Notes: generated by a model not told the origin, from the sequence alone. Counted from the first letter of the stretch, positions 9,335 through 20,138 are shown. The stretch: DNA of 64,000 bases from an uncultured delta proteobacterium (GCA_963806225.1 CAWDXG010000001.1:320001-384000), one strand, 5' to 3'. Numbers and translations are program-made.

Positions 9335-12300
9335 ATGCCCTCGCCCATGCACGCCCGCCCCGCTCGCCGAAACGTCCCCGCCCTGCGCCGCTCGCTGCCG
9401 TGGGCGGTGGTGGGGCTTGTGGGAGTGCTCGCTGCGGGCGCCTGTGCGGGCGGTCGCCCAGAGCCGCCGCGCCATCCGCGCAAGTCGCTGCTCGCCAGTG
9501 CGGAGGTCACGCCGGCCTATCCGTCGCCCGCGACCTGGCGCTACCACCCGAAGAAGGAAGCGCCGCTGCGGGTGCGGCGCAAACTGTCGGCTCACGAGAC
9601 GCTGTACGCGGGGGACCGCGGCGAGCGCTGGCTGGTCGACACCCACGACCATTCCGTGCGTGCGGCGGCGCGGCTCGCGCCGGAGGCTCTGGTGGCGATC
9701 CTGAAGCTCGACAACGGCGGCTGGTTGTTCGTGGGACAGAGCGGCACGACCTATGAAGCCGACAAGCCACTCGGAGCGTTCATCCGCTCCAGTGCGCCGC
9801 TGGATCCGCTCGCGCGCGTCAGCGCGGCCGCGGGCGCGCTGCTGGGCGTGCGTCGCGACGGCGTGCTCGTGCAGAGCAGCGACGCCGGCGCGTCGTGGCA
9901 CATCGTCGGACCCGGTCACGCGCGCTTCTCGGACGTGGCGCTCGACGACAAGGGCCGCGGCCTGGCGCTCGCTGTCCCCGAGCGTCTGTACACGACGCGG
10001 GACCGCGGAGCGAGCTGGAAGCCGCTCGACCAGAAGACCTTCGGCGCGCTATCGATCGAGCGTCGCCCCGACGACAGCATCGCGCTGTCGAGCGTGTTCG
10101 GTACTCGCGAGTGGAAGCCCGATGCGGCGAAGCCGTTCGTCGAGCTAGCTTCGCATCCCCGGGGCCAGAGCAACTACAAGCTGCCCCTTCCGCCGCCGCG
10201 CGGTCCCGACGCTTCGGCGTTGTCCGAGGGACGCGCAGCAATCGTCGGGGAACAGTATCTCGAGCTCGACCACGAAGGGGACTCCTGGCAGCTTCTGTCA
10301 GGGCCCGTCGATGGTCAGCTCGAAGCGCACCCGCTGCCGGAGGCCAAGGGGTGCCGCGCGGTGCGCATCGCCGGCTTCTCGCACTGGCTCTACCTGGCGT
10401 GCTCCCGCTCGAGCCTCGGCCGTACGTCGCGTCCCATCACGCTGATGAGGAGCAAGGACTCCGGCAAGCGCTGGACGAAGGAAGACTTTCCGGTTGTCGG
10501 CAGCATGGACGACTTCCGGATCGCGGTCGGCGTCGGCGGCGCGCTGCTGGTCAGCGGCGTGTGCCCGCCGCGTGCGGCCGGCAGTGGCTGCGGTGTGCAA
10601 GGCGTGTACTACCGGCGGCGCGCCGAGCAGGACGGCGGCGCGCCTGCGGGTGGCTCCGATCACGCCGATGCGAAGGCGAAGCCGGCCGCGCAGACCGACT
10701 ACGAGCTGGCGCCTGCGGCCACGCCGGCGCTGAAGGCCAGCGCCGACGCGCTGGCCTTCTCCAGCGACGGGCGCACGGCCTACGCCATCGGTCGTCGCAC
10801 AAAAAATGGCGCATTCACCGTCTTCGTTTCCCACAACAGCGGGCACAGCTTCGAGGCACACGAGATCGATCAGCTCCCGGCGGACTACGACGACAGCTAC
10901 TACGGCGGCTATCGCCGCTACGGTCACAACAGCGGAACGCAGGTGGAATCCGTGATGGCTGCGGAGGACGGCACCCTGGCCATGGTCGTGTCCCGCTACG
11001 GCACGACGACCCTGCTGGTCACCGATGATGAAGGGCGCGTCGTCTCGCTTTCGCATGCGCCGTCTTCGCAGGCCGCCATCGGAGCCGCCGGCACGCGAGC
11101 CCTTGCCGTGACTCCTGGCACGCGCGACGCCTGGGAGTCGCTCGACGGCGGAGCTACCTGGGATCCGATCGGCGAGCTGCCGCTCGACCTGTGCGGCCGC
11201 GCGAGCCGGTGCAAGGTGCCCGTGTACTGCTATCCGGGTGGATGCGTGATCGGCGACCAGCTGTCGCGGATCGGGTGGCACGGCCAGGCTGATCCGGATG
11301 AGGGCGTTCTGGCGCCGCCCGCGCCGGCCCCGCCCGCGGCGTACGACGCCGCGCTGCGCGAGCCGATCTCCTGCACGCTCGACCCGGCGCCCTGGAAGGC
11401 GATCGACGGACTCCGCAAGGCTCCCGACGCGGCACAGGCCGAGCTCGGCAAGGCCGTCTGGTTCGCGCTGGTAGAGGACCCTGGGCACGCCGCAGCGTGG
11501 ATGATCCACGCGACGGGCGGCGCCCATCCACGTCTCGAGAAGGTCACGCTGCTCCCGCCGGTGCGCCGCCCCGGCGCCGTGGCCATGAAGGCTTCCCACC
11601 AGGTGGAGGGCGGCGCCGCGCTACGCTACGACGTTCCCGACGGCGTGCACGAGACGAACCTGGGGCACCTGGAGGTGGCCTGGGACAATCTCTTCGAAGG
11701 CCGGGTGGTTCACGCGCGGCTCGCCGACGGCGGCGGCTACGTGCCGGGCGACTATGCCAGTCTGGGGAGCGGCCGCTCCCAGCTCGCCCGCCCCGCGCTG
11801 CTCAGTATCGCGTCGGGCGGGCTGTATCTGCGCCTGCACGGGAGTCGCGGTGACGCGCAGAAGACGCTGTTCCTCGACGGTCACGCGGTGACCGGCATTC
11901 CGCCGGTGAGCTGGCCTGATGCAGTGCAGTCCGTGCGCAGCGAGATGGTCCACGCCGGGCGCACGCATCTGCCCATCAAGATAGGCGTCGCCTTGACCCG
12001 CGCTCTCCGCGCGGCTGGCGGATATCAGTTCGACGCCATGACCACGTCTCTGGTCGACCCGGCGGCTTTCGGCCTCGACCAGGACATCGGTCTTACCTAT
12101 CTCGGTGGCCGTGCCGGACTGGTGGTCACGCTCGAGGACCGTCACGGCGGGCAGCATCGAAGCCAGTTGTTCATCTTCCGTAACAGCGGAGCCGTGCTCG
12201 ACCCGCCTGTTGCACTGTCGATGCAACAGGACCTGCCCGACCGGCCCTCGCGCTGCAGTACGATGCAGCGCACCAGCACGGCGCGATCGATCCAGCGGAG

Positions 12301-12658
12301 CGTCGCGGGAACGCGCCATCCGGTCATCGTCTCGGACGCGAGCGAGCCGCTGCGCGCGCTCTTGACGCGCTTCGCGGTCATGTACGGCACGCCGTCGTCG
12401 CCCTGCGTCGCCGCCTACGACGCCGACGCCGTGAAGCTGGAGGGCGGCGAGGTGCACGGCGAGCACGCCATCCTGCCGATCGACGATCTGGACCACGCCT
12501 GGCTGTTCCGCACGGCGCCCGGAAGCAGTGACGGTCGCATCGAGTACCGGGTGATGAAGTGCCGGTTCGACACCGGCGCCGAGGTCCCGCCCGAGCTGTA
12601 TCGGGCGGCGGCCGGAGCACCGACGGCGGTCGGCGCGAGCGTCCGCATGGCCCACTGA
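9335..12658 (+). CDS. Large lipoprotein with Asp-box (BNR) repeats, probable beta-propeller
   Basis: Lipobox LAAGAC; Asp-boxes SSDAGASW, TRDRGASW, SKDSGKRW, SHNSGHSF and SLDGGATW. Confidence 0.8.
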   Translation: MPSPMHARPARRNVPALRRSLPWAVVGLVGVLAAGACAGGRPEPPRHPRKSLLASAEVTPAYPSPATWRYHPKKEAPLRVRRKLSAHETLYAGDRGERWLVDTHDHSVRAAARLAPEALVAILKLDNGGWLFVGQSGTTYEADKPLGAFIRSSAPLDPLARVSAAAGALLGVRRDGVLVQSSDAGASWHIVGPGHARFSDVALDDKGRGLALAVPERLYTTRDRGASWKPLDQKTFGALSIERRPDDSIALSSVFGTREWKPDAAKPFVELASHPRGQSNYKLPLPPPRGPDASALSEGRAAIVGEQYLELDHEGDSWQLLSGPVDGQLEAHPLPEAKGCRAVRIAGFSHWLYLACSRSSLGRTSRPITLMRSKDSGKRWTKEDFPVVGSMDDFRIAVGVGGALLVSGVCPPRAAGSGCGVQGVYYRRRAEQDGGAPAGGSDHADAKAKPAAQTDYELAPAATPALKASADALAFSSDGRTAYAIGRRTKNGAFTVFVSHNSGHSFEAHEIDQLPADYDDSYYGGYRRYGHNSGTQVESVMAAEDGTLAMVVSRYGTTTLLVTDDEGRVVSLSHAPSSQAAIGAAGTRALAVTPGTRDAWESLDGGATWDPIGELPLDLCGRASRCKVPVYCYPGGCVIGDQLSRIGWHGQADPDEGVLAPPAPAPPAAYDAALREPISCTLDPAPWKAIDGLRKAPDAAQAELGKAVWFALVEDPGHAAAWMIHATGGAHPRLEKVTLLPPVRRPGAVAMKASHQVEGGAALRYDVPDGVHETNLGHLEVAWDNLFEGRVVHARLADGGGYVPGDYASLGSGRSQLARPALLSIASGGLYLRLHGSRGDAQKTLFLDGHAVTGIPPVSWPDAVQSVRSEMVHAGRTHLPIKIGVALTRALRAAGGYQFDAMTTSLVDPAAFGLDQDIGLTYLGGRAGLVVTLEDRHGGQHRSQLFIFRNSGAVLDPPVALSMQQDLPDRPSRCSTMQRTSTARSIQRSVAGTRHPVIVSDASEPLRALLTRFAVMYGTPSSPCVAAYDADAVKLEGGEVHGEHAILPIDDLDHAWLFRTAPGSSDGRIEYRVMKCRFDTGAEVPPELYRAAAGAPTAVGASVRMAH

Positions 12659-12786
12659 GGCCGCAAGCGCGCGTAACTTCCCGACGGAAAGCGTGTCGGG
12701 CTCGACGTGACAGACAGCGAGTTGACGGAGGAGGGGACCAGGATCCCGGCGCGCTCGGCGAAGGCGCTGTAGGGCCGTACCGCTGT

Positions 12787-12930
12787 TCAGCGCACGTCGA
12801 TCTCGACCAGCTCGACCCCGCGTCCCTTGAAGCGCTTCTCGAGCCGCTCGCGCCACACGTCCGCCGAAGCGCCCTCGGCCAGATCGATATCGACCGGGAG
12901 CCGGTAGCCGTTTCGGTCGGAAATGGTTCG
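12787..12930 (-). pseudogene. Short orphan C-terminal coding remnant
   Basis: Reads DRNGYRLPVDIDLAEGASADVWRERLEKRFKGRGVELVEIDVR* with genome-like GC3 bias, but has no usable start codon. Confidence 0.35.
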
Positions 12931-12983
12931 TACGCGAAAGGGCGGCTGAAATCGACTGCAGGAGTGATAGTGTCGATCCGACG

Positions 12984-14387
12984 ATGTTCCAACCAGCGGA
13001 GGGATTCTCGGTCACGCCAAGCGTCCAGCTCCTGCACAAGCTGGGTGCGGGCGGTATGGGCAGCGTGTGGGTCGCCGATCACCTGACCCTGCACACGCAG
13101 GTGGTCGTGAAGTTCATGTCCTCCGAGCTATTGGTTGATCCGACGAGCGTCGAGCGTTTCTCGCGCGAGGCCGCAGCCGCCGCGCAGGTCAAGAGCCCAC
13201 ACGTCGTGCAGATCTTCGATCACGGCGTCACCAAGGAGGGCATCCCGTTCATCGTGATGGAATTGCTCGAGGGTCGCGATCTAGGCGACCTGCTGGAATC
13301 GCGCGGTTCGATCGATGCCAGGAGCCTCACCACGATCGTGGCCCAGCTTGCCAAGGCGCTATCGCGAGCCCACGATCGCGGTATCGTCCACCGCGACATC
13401 AAGCCGGAAAACATCTTCCTGTGCGATACGGGCGACGGCGAGCTGTTCACGAAGCTTCTCGATTTCGGGATCGCGAAGAGCGAAAACCAGGGACTATCGC
13501 AGTCGACGCGCACGGGGGCGCTCATCGGTTCGCCGTACTACATGAGCCCGGAGCAGCTGGTCGGCGCCAAGGATGTCGACCTGCGCAGCGACATCTGGTC
13601 GTTGGGCGTCGTTGCGTTCCAGTCGCTCACGGGGCAGCGGCCGTTCCTCGGAGAGAATCTCGGCGCGCTTGCCGTGAAGATCCACCAGGAAGAGCTGCCC
13701 GTGCCGTCCAGCGTTGCAGCCGGGTTGCCCCCCGCCTTCGACGGATGGTTCGCGCGGGCCTGCGCAAGGAAGCGCGAGGATCGGTTCGGGTCGGCGAGAG
13801 AGGCGGCTCTGGCGCTGCGGACAGCGCTGCTCGATTCGGATGCGCCGCGGGCTGCACTGGTCTCGCTACCCGATGCCGCTCCGCATGTGCCAACGCAGGC
13901 GGTCTCCGCCAACAACGTCCCGATGCGCACCACTTCGCCCGTCAGCTCGTCGATGGAGGAGTCCACCGAACAGCCTCCACAGAAGAGAGCCGCCGGCGTG
14001 TGGCTCGCCGTAGGAGCAGTCGGCCTGATCCTGATCGGCGGCGGCGTTCTCGCGCTGCGGTCCGGAGGCGCGGCCGCGGCTGGACCCGAACCGCCATCGA
14101 GCGCGGCTGCTTCCGCGTCGGCCCCGCTCGTTGTGCCGGCGGTTGCAAGTGCCAGCGCCTCGAGTGCAGCTGCGGTCAGAGAACCCAGTGCACCGCCGAG
14201 CGCCTCGGCAGCGGCCAGTGCGTCGGCCGCGCCGAGTGCTCTGCAGGTCCGCCCCTTGCACACCAAGCCGCCTTCGCCGTGGCCGCGGCCCCATCCGCCG
14301 CCGCCCACGAAGCCCCGACCCACTACTGCTCCGACTCCGGTGAAGCAGACACCGAAGGTCCCGAAGCTGGGCGAACGCCCGATCTAG
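12984..14387 (+). CDS. Hanks-type Ser/Thr protein kinase with one TM helix and an Ala/Ser/Pro-rich extracytoplasmic tail
   Basis: GAGGMG, VVK, HRDIKPEN, DFG and GSPYYMSPE; TM segment GVWLAVGAVGLILIGGGVLAL. Confidence 0.95.
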   Translation: MFQPAEGFSVTPSVQLLHKLGAGGMGSVWVADHLTLHTQVVVKFMSSELLVDPTSVERFSREAAAAAQVKSPHVVQIFDHGVTKEGIPFIVMELLEGRDLGDLLESRGSIDARSLTTIVAQLAKALSRAHDRGIVHRDIKPENIFLCDTGDGELFTKLLDFGIAKSENQGLSQSTRTGALIGSPYYMSPEQLVGAKDVDLRSDIWSLGVVAFQSLTGQRPFLGENLGALAVKIHQEELPVPSSVAAGLPPAFDGWFARACARKREDRFGSAREAALALRTALLDSDAPRAALVSLPDAAPHVPTQAVSANNVPMRTTSPVSSSMEESTEQPPQKRAAGVWLAVGAVGLILIGGGVLALRSGGAAAAGPEPPSSAAASASAPLVVPAVASASASSAAAVREPSAPPSASAAASASAAPSALQVRPLHTKPPSPWPRPHPPPPTKPRPTTAPTPVKQTPKVPKLGERPI

Positions 14388-14392
14388 CAGAC

Positions 14393-15442
14393 ATGGCTTC
14401 CAGGTCGTCGTATCCACTATCCGGCAGGGCTCCGTTGCTGTTCGCCATCGTGCTCGGCTCGCTCGCCGTCGCTCCGATGCGTGCCATGGCAAAGCCGACG
14501 GCGGCCGAGATGGAGAGTGCGCGCGCCCTGTTCAACAAGGGCATGGATCTGCGCGACAAGGGCGATCTGGCCGCGGCCCTCAAGCGGCTGAAGGCAGCGC
14601 ACTCGCTCGGTCAGACGCCGGTCACAGGCTACGAGCTCGGCCGCACGTACGTGATGCTCGGCAAGCTGCTGGAAGCGCGGGAGGTGCTGCTCTCCGTGGC
14701 CGATCTGCCGGGTGCCGGCAACGAGCCGGACGTCCGGGCCAAGGCGCGAGCCGACGCCGTCCGGCTCGCCGAGCAGCTCCGTGCGAGGGTTCCTTCAATC
14801 ACACTGAAGGTGAGCGGCGCCGCCGGAGCGAAGCTCGCCCTGAGCGTGGACGGTGTGAAGCTGCCGTCCGACAGCATCGGTCTCGAACACGAGGTGGACC
14901 CGGGCAAGCACAATGTCATGGCGAGCGTCGTGGGGCGGCCCGACCGCCGCGCGGAAGCCAAGGTGACAGTTCACGAGGGCGAGTCGAAGACCGTTCAGCT
15001 CGAGCTGCCGCCCGCCGAGGCCACCGCGGCCACGCCACCCACACCGGCTCCGACCCCGGCGCGTCCGGTCGGACCTACGCCGCCCACCGTGGACACGGGC
15101 GCGAAGCCGGACCACACGCTCAGCTACGTCGGGCTGGGCACATTCGGCGTCGGTCTGGTCGTCGGCTCGGTCACCGGGGTCATGGCACTGTCGAAGGGCA
15201 GCTCGGTGAAGAACGCCTGCAACACCGCTACGAAGGTCTGCCCACCCACCGAAAAGTCGAAGCTGGATGCGACGAAGAACCTAGCCACCGTGTCGACGGT
15301 CGGCTTCGGTGTGGCGGGAGCCGGCGCGGTCATCACCATCATCGGTCTGGCCTCGGAGGGCGGGAAGAAACCTCGTCCAGCGGCGCGCCACGTGGCGCCC
15401 GTGATCGGCCTCGGGTACGTGGGACTGGACGGGGTGTTCTGA
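14393..15442 (+). CDS. Exported TPR + PEGA-like protein with C-terminal hydrophobic hairpin
   Basis: Signal peptide; helical repeat ARALFNKG...; EVDPGKH; two Gly-rich hydrophobic segments; ends ...GLDGVF. Confidence 0.8.
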   Translation: MASRSSYPLSGRAPLLFAIVLGSLAVAPMRAMAKPTAAEMESARALFNKGMDLRDKGDLAAALKRLKAAHSLGQTPVTGYELGRTYVMLGKLLEAREVLLSVADLPGAGNEPDVRAKARADAVRLAEQLRARVPSITLKVSGAAGAKLALSVDGVKLPSDSIGLEHEVDPGKHNVMASVVGRPDRRAEAKVTVHEGESKTVQLELPPAEATAATPPTPAPTPARPVGPTPPTVDTGAKPDHTLSYVGLGTFGVGLVVGSVTGVMALSKGSSVKNACNTATKVCPPTEKSKLDATKNLATVSTVGFGVAGAGAVITIIGLASEGGKKPRPAARHVAPVIGLGYVGLDGVF

Positions 15443-16356
15443 TGGGGCAGCGCGTGCTCCGGGTCGCGCTGCTCGCCGCGCTGGTGCTGACGCCGCTTGC
15501 GTGCCTGAACGTGATCGGACTGGACGGCTATTCGGTGGGTACATCGGGAAGCGGTGGCTCGACCAGCGGTGGCACGGGCGGCTCCGCCGGCACGGACGGC
15601 TCCGCCGCCGCCGGGACAGGCGGCGGCCCTGCGGACGCTGGGGCCTGCGCCGACGGCGGCTGTCTGCTCTCGTGCACAACGGGGCTGAAGTGTCCGTCGG
15701 GAATGTTCTGCTCGAACGACGGCAAGTGCGTTCCGGATCCCCAGTGCAGCGTCGCGTCTGGCACGTGCACCCTGTACCCGCAGTGCGGCTGCACCAACGC
15801 ACAGACATGCGTCGCAAAGAGCAACACGACGGGCAAGTGTGCGGCTGCCGGCACCGGACTATTCGGCGCGCCCTGCCAGGATACCAGCGACTGCGCCAAG
15901 GGCCTCACTTGCTATGGCGACCTCTGCGTGTCCTTCTGCAAAGCCAAGAACGACTGTCTGCTGCAACAGGGCACGTTCGAGTGCACACCGGCAGGCACGA
16001 GTCAAAGTACGGAGGATGTTTGCGTTGCTACGTGTGCTCCTTCCGGCGGCGCCGGCTGCGGCCCAGGGGCGAAGTGCGCGACGTTGTACGTCGATCCGAA
16101 GCCGCCGGACTTCATCTGTGTCCGCGCCGGTACGGCCAAGGCCGGCTCCGATTGCTCCAACGACACCTACAGCTGCGCGCCGGGGCTCACGTGCGACGAC
16201 AACAAGTGCAAGGTGCTCTGCCCGCTGACGGCGGCGGCCTGCGACGGCGGCACGTGCGGACTGGGGTGTGGCGACGCGGGAGCGTGCACGACGGCAACGG
16301 CAGGCGGCGTTCCGAAAAACGCAGCGACGGCCTGGGGCGTGTGCCCGCTTCCGTAG
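15442..16356 (+). CDS. Cysteine-rich lipoprotein
   Basis: Lipobox PLAC, Gly/Ser linker and repeated CxxGLxC motifs. The start overlaps the upstream stop (TGATG). Confidence 0.8.
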   Translation: MGQRVLRVALLAALVLTPLACLNVIGLDGYSVGTSGSGGSTSGGTGGSAGTDGSAAAGTGGGPADAGACADGGCLLSCTTGLKCPSGMFCSNDGKCVPDPQCSVASGTCTLYPQCGCTNAQTCVAKSNTTGKCAAAGTGLFGAPCQDTSDCAKGLTCYGDLCVSFCKAKNDCLLQQGTFECTPAGTSQSTEDVCVATCAPSGGAGCGPGAKCATLYVDPKPPDFICVRAGTAKAGSDCSNDTYSCAPGLTCDDNKCKVLCPLTAAACDGGTCGLGCGDAGACTTATAGGVPKNAATAWGVCPLP

Positions 16357-16365
16357 CGTGGCCCG

Positions 16366-17658
16366 TCAGAGCTTCGCCCCGCAGGCACCGCCGCTACATA
16401 TGAAGCCCGGCTGGCAGATGTGGCCGCAGCTTCCGCAGTTGGCGGCGTCGCTTTCGAGATTCCGCTCGCAGCCGTTCTTGGCGATCTTGTCGCAATCGGC
16501 GAAGCCAGAGGCGCAGACGGCCGGAGCGCAAGCGCCTTTCGAGCAGACGCCGGCGACGGTATTGGGTAGCTCCCAGCACTTGTTGCCACAGGCGCCGCAG
16601 TTGGCGACGTCCGTATCGAGGTTGCTCGCCTCGCAGCCATTGGCGGGGTTGCCGTCGCAGTCGTGGAAGCCCGTCGCGCAACTCCCGACCACGCAGCTTC
16701 CCTGCTGGCACGTCACAACCGCGTTGGGGCGCTTGGTGCACAGGTGGCCGCAGGTACCGCAGTTGTCGATGTCGCTGGCGGTCGCGACGCACGCGCCGTT
16801 GCACATGGTCTCGCCTTGACCGCTGCAGCCCGTCTGGCACTTGCCGCCCGAGCACACCTGGTCGGGCGCGCACAGGTGGCCGCAGCTGCCGCAGTTGGCG
16901 GCGTCGGACCGGGTGTCCACGCAGCCGCTGCCACACGCGACGTAGGGCGCGGCACACTGTGTCTGGCACGTTCCGGCGGAGCAGACCTGGCCTGTCGGAC
17001 ACAGGTGGCTGCAGCTGCCGCAGTTGTCGTTGTCCCCGTCCAGGTTCGCACAGTAGGGGCTTGTGGCGCCGGCGCCCCCGTCATCGATGATCACGTCCCA
17101 GCCCGCCGCATCGGCGGGAGCCGCGTCGCCCGCTTCCGTGCTCGCTGCATCGGAGCTGGCGTCGCTCGAGCCCGGGGTCGCGTCCGCGCCGGCTTCAGAA
17201 GTGCCGGCGTCGTTGCTCGCCGGGCCGTGGCAGAGTGTGGTCGGCGCACGACAACTAGTGCCGCAGACGCCGTTGCTGCACACCTCGCCCTGACCACAGG
17301 CCTGGCCGCAGCTTCCACAGTTGGCGTTGTCGCTGGCGACACTGACGCATTTCCCGAGACAGCGCAGCTGATCGATCGGGCAGGGCGGGATGCAATTGCC
17401 CTGCACGCAGTCGTCGGTGCCGCTGCAGGAGTGGCCGCAGGCGCCGCAGTTCTTCGTGTCGGTCTGCGTGTCGACGCACTGCCCGCCGCAGGGCGAGCCG
17501 CTGTCGCATACCGCCGAGTCGGAGGCCCCGGTGTCGGCGGCCACGTCGACTCCCCCGTCGTGCTCCGGCTTCGACCCCGACGAGCTGGAAGTGCATCCCG
17601 AGGCGCACAGACCGGCAAGGGCCGAACAGAGCGCGAAGCGTTGAAGATGCCTTATCAT
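16366..17658 (-). CDS. Cysteine-rich repeat lipoprotein (DxxNCGxCGxxC repeats, Stig1-like)
   Basis: MIRHLQRFALCSALAGLCASGC lipoprotein signal; seven DxxNCGxCG repeats. Confidence 0.85.
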   Translation of the reverse strand: MIRHLQRFALCSALAGLCASGCTSSSSGSKPEHDGGVDVAADTGASDSAVCDSGSPCGGQCVDTQTDTKNCGACGHSCSGTDDCVQGNCIPPCPIDQLRCLGKCVSVASDNANCGSCGQACGQGEVCSNGVCGTSCRAPTTLCHGPASNDAGTSEAGADATPGSSDASSDAASTEAGDAAPADAAGWDVIIDDGGAGATSPYCANLDGDNDNCGSCSHLCPTGQVCSAGTCQTQCAAPYVACGSGCVDTRSDAANCGSCGHLCAPDQVCSGGKCQTGCSGQGETMCNGACVATASDIDNCGTCGHLCTKRPNAVVTCQQGSCVVGSCATGFHDCDGNPANGCEASNLDTDVANCGACGNKCWELPNTVAGVCSKGACAPAVCASGFADCDKIAKNGCERNLESDAANCGSCGHICQPGFICSGGACGAKL

Positions 17659-17880
17659 GTCACCGCGCAAGCGCCTCCCATACAAGTCAAACCCCCGCAG
17701 TTCTTTCCGCACAGTCCACGATTGAAGTGATCGGTCATGAGGTTTCGCCTCGCAACCGTCCGCCGGGCTGCTGTTGCAGTCCGCATGGCCCGCCTCGTAC
17801 GCTACCACGGCGCGGCTTCCGCCGCTGCAGGCTGGCTTGGCGTTCGGGAGCGCCGTGCAGGTCCAGAGCCGCCAGAGAGC
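17655..17880 (-). pseudogene. Decayed C-terminal remnant of a paralogous Cys-rich repeat gene
   Basis: Reads CTALPNAKPACSGGSRAVVAYEAGHADCNSSPADGCEA / NLMTDHFNRGLCGKNCGGLTCMGGACAVT* with a +1 shift near 17745. The stop overlaps the next ATG (ATGA). Confidence 0.6.
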
Positions 17881-18029
17881 CGCCCGATGAAGCGGGCCCC
17901 GGCCCACCGACCCTGCCACGGTCGCCGCCCGTCGCATGAACGAACCCGGCCGGACGAGAACCGAGCACAACCGGCATCGACCCGCGCACCCTGGTCGCGC
18001 GGGCGCGGCTGGGGTAGGCGTGGCGCGTC

Positions 18030-19328
18030 ATGATCCCGCGCTACACGCCGAAGGAGTTTGCCGAGCTGTGGTCCGACAGGAATCGCTACGCGGTGTGGCT
18101 GGAGGTGGAGCTTTCCGCCTGCGAAGCGATGGAGGCGGCCGGTCTGGTGCCGGCGGGCACGGCCGGGGCCATCCGCGCTCTTGGCCTCAGCCCCGACCCT
18201 GCTGCCATCGAGACCATCGAGAAGACCACGCGTCACGACGTGATCGCGTTCTTGACCCACGTGGAAGAGAAGGCGGGCGAACCGGCGCGTTGGCTGCACC
18301 GCGGCATGACATCGAGCGACGTGCTCGACACCAGCCTGGCGGTCCTGCTGGTGCGGGCGACGGACCTCCTGCTGGAGCGGAGCGACCGCCTGATCGCAGC
18401 GCTGGAAACGCGCGCGCGCGAGCATGAAAAGACACCGATGATCGGTCGCTCGCACGGCATCCATGCCGAGCCGGTCACGTTCGGCGTAGTGCTTGCTGGG
18501 CACCTTGCAGAGGTGAAGCGAGGGCGTGCGCGGCTTGCCGCGGCGCGCTCGGAGATTGCGGTCGGCAAGATCGCCGGAGCGGTCGGCACCTACGCCCACC
18601 TGACGCCGGAGATCGAGAAGCAGGCGCTCGACAACCTGGGCCTCTCGCCGGAGACCGTCGCCACGCAGGTGGTCGCGCGCGACCGCCACGCGGCGCTGTT
18701 CAGCGCGATGGCCCTGATGGCCGCCGCGATCGAGCGGCTGGCGACGAATATCCGGCACTGGCAGCGAACCGAGGTCGGAGAGGCCGAGGAACGCTTCGGA
18801 AAGGGGCAGAAGGGCTCCAGCGCCATGCCGCACAAGCGCAACCCCGTGCTGAGCGAGAATCTGTGCGGGCTTGCGCGCGTGGTGCGCGCGGCGGTTACGC
18901 CCGCGTTGGAGGACGTGTCGCTCTGGCACGAGCGCGACATCTCGCACTCGTCGGTCGAGCGCATGATCGCGCCCGATGCGACGACCAGCCTCGGCTTCAT
19001 GCTGCAGCGGGCGACCGGCCTCGTGGAAGGCCTGGTCGCCTACCCGGAGCGGATGAAGGAGAACCTCGAGCAGAGCGGAGGGCTCTTCTTCAGCGAGGGC
19101 GTGATGTTGGCGCTGGTAGGAAAGGGGCTCGGCCGCCAGCAGGCCTACGAGAGGGTGCAGAAGAACGCCATGAAGGCGTTCCACGGCGAGGGAGGCTTCC
19201 GCGAGCTGCTCGGCGCCGATCCCGAAGTAGGTGGGCTGCTCTCGGCGGCGGAGCTCGACGCCTGCTTCGACCTCGACCACGCGCTGCGCTGGGCGTCGGC
19301 GATCGTCGAGCGCGCCATCGCACAGTGA
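18030..19328 (+). CDS. purB: Adenylosuccinate lyase
   Basis: [27 protein letters not shown] and [11 protein letters not shown]. Confidence 0.97.
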   Translation: MIPRYTPKEFAELWSDRNRYAVWLEVELSACEAMEAAGLVPAGTAGAIRALGLSPDPAAIETIEKTTRHDVIAFLTHVEEKAGEPARWLHRGMTSSDVLDTSLAVLLVRATDLLLERSDRLIAALETRAREHEKTPMIGRSHGIHAEPVTFGVVLAGHLAEVKRGRARLAAARSEIAVGKIAGAVGTYAHLTPEIEKQALDNLGLSPETVATQVVARDRHAALFSAMALMAAAIERLATNIRHWQRTEVGEAEERFGKGQKGSSAMPHKRNPVLSENLCGLARVVRAAVTPALEDVSLWHERDISHSSVERMIAPDATTSLGFMLQRATGLVEGLVAYPERMKENLEQSGGLFFSEGVMLALVGKGLGRQQAYERVQKNAMKAFHGEGGFRELLGADPEVGGLLSAAELDACFDLDHALRWASAIVERAIAQ

Positions 19329-19397
19329 TGCCATGCCTAGCAGAGTGAAGGGCGTCTCGCTCGTCACCGCGAAGGGCTGTCTGCTGGAGCTGACGCG

Positions 19398-20138
19398 TTA
19401 CGGGCTCGTTTCCGCCACGGCGCCGGCGGCCACGCGCGCGGTGCGCTCGCGCCACCAGCGGCGCGCGATGATGCTGGCAATGCTCGCGACGTGCCAGGCG
19501 TGGATACCGCTCTGTTCGTCCGCGTACACGGGGCGGACCGGAACGTCCACGACGCGAAGTCCCCGTGCTGCCAGCATCCCGAGCAGATCGTTCGGATAGC
19601 CGAAGCGCGGCCACAGCTCGTCGAGCGGCAGCAGGCGCGCGGCAGCCGCGGACAGCGCCGTGTAGCCGCATTGGCTGTCGTCGATGGCAAGACCTGTCCC
19701 GAGCCGCGTGGCCGCACTCAGCGCGCGCCCACCCCACCTGCGCGGCAGCGGCATGCGGCTGCGCTCGGCGTGCAGGAAGCGATTGCCCTTGGCGTAGTCG
19801 GCGCTTCCCGCCACCACCGGCTCGAGCAGGGACTCGAGATCATCCGGGTGCATCTGGTTGTCGCCGGCCATCACCACCATCACGTCGGCGCGCCCGGCGA
19901 GTGCAGCGCGGTAGCCGGTGACGATGCTCGCGCCGACGCCGCGGTTTTCGTCGTGCACGAGCAGCCGTACGCGCCGGTCTTCGCAGGCGCGGATGGCCGA
20001 AGACGTGTCGTCGGGACTGCCGTCATCCACGGCGTAGATGGCGTCCACGTAGCCGGGCATCGAGCCCAGGGTCCGGCCGATCAGCCGTGCTTCGCAGTAC
20101 GCAGGCACGACGACGGCAATGCGCGAGCCACGCCACAT
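19398..20138 (-). CDS. Glycosyltransferase family 2
   Basis: VVVPAYCEA, VDDGSPD, NRGVG, MAGDNQM and DSQCGY. Confidence 0.92.
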   Translation of the reverse strand: MWRGSRIAVVVPAYCEARLIGRTLGSMPGYVDAIYAVDDGSPDDTSSAIRACEDRRVRLLVHDENRGVGASIVTGYRAALAGRADVMVVMAGDNQMHPDDLESLLEPVVAGSADYAKGNRFLHAERSRMPLPRRWGGRALSAATRLGTGLAIDDSQCGYTALSAAAARLLPLDELWPRFGYPNDLLGMLAARGLRVVDVPVRPVYADEQSGIHAWHVASIASIIARRWWRERTARVAAGAVAETSP

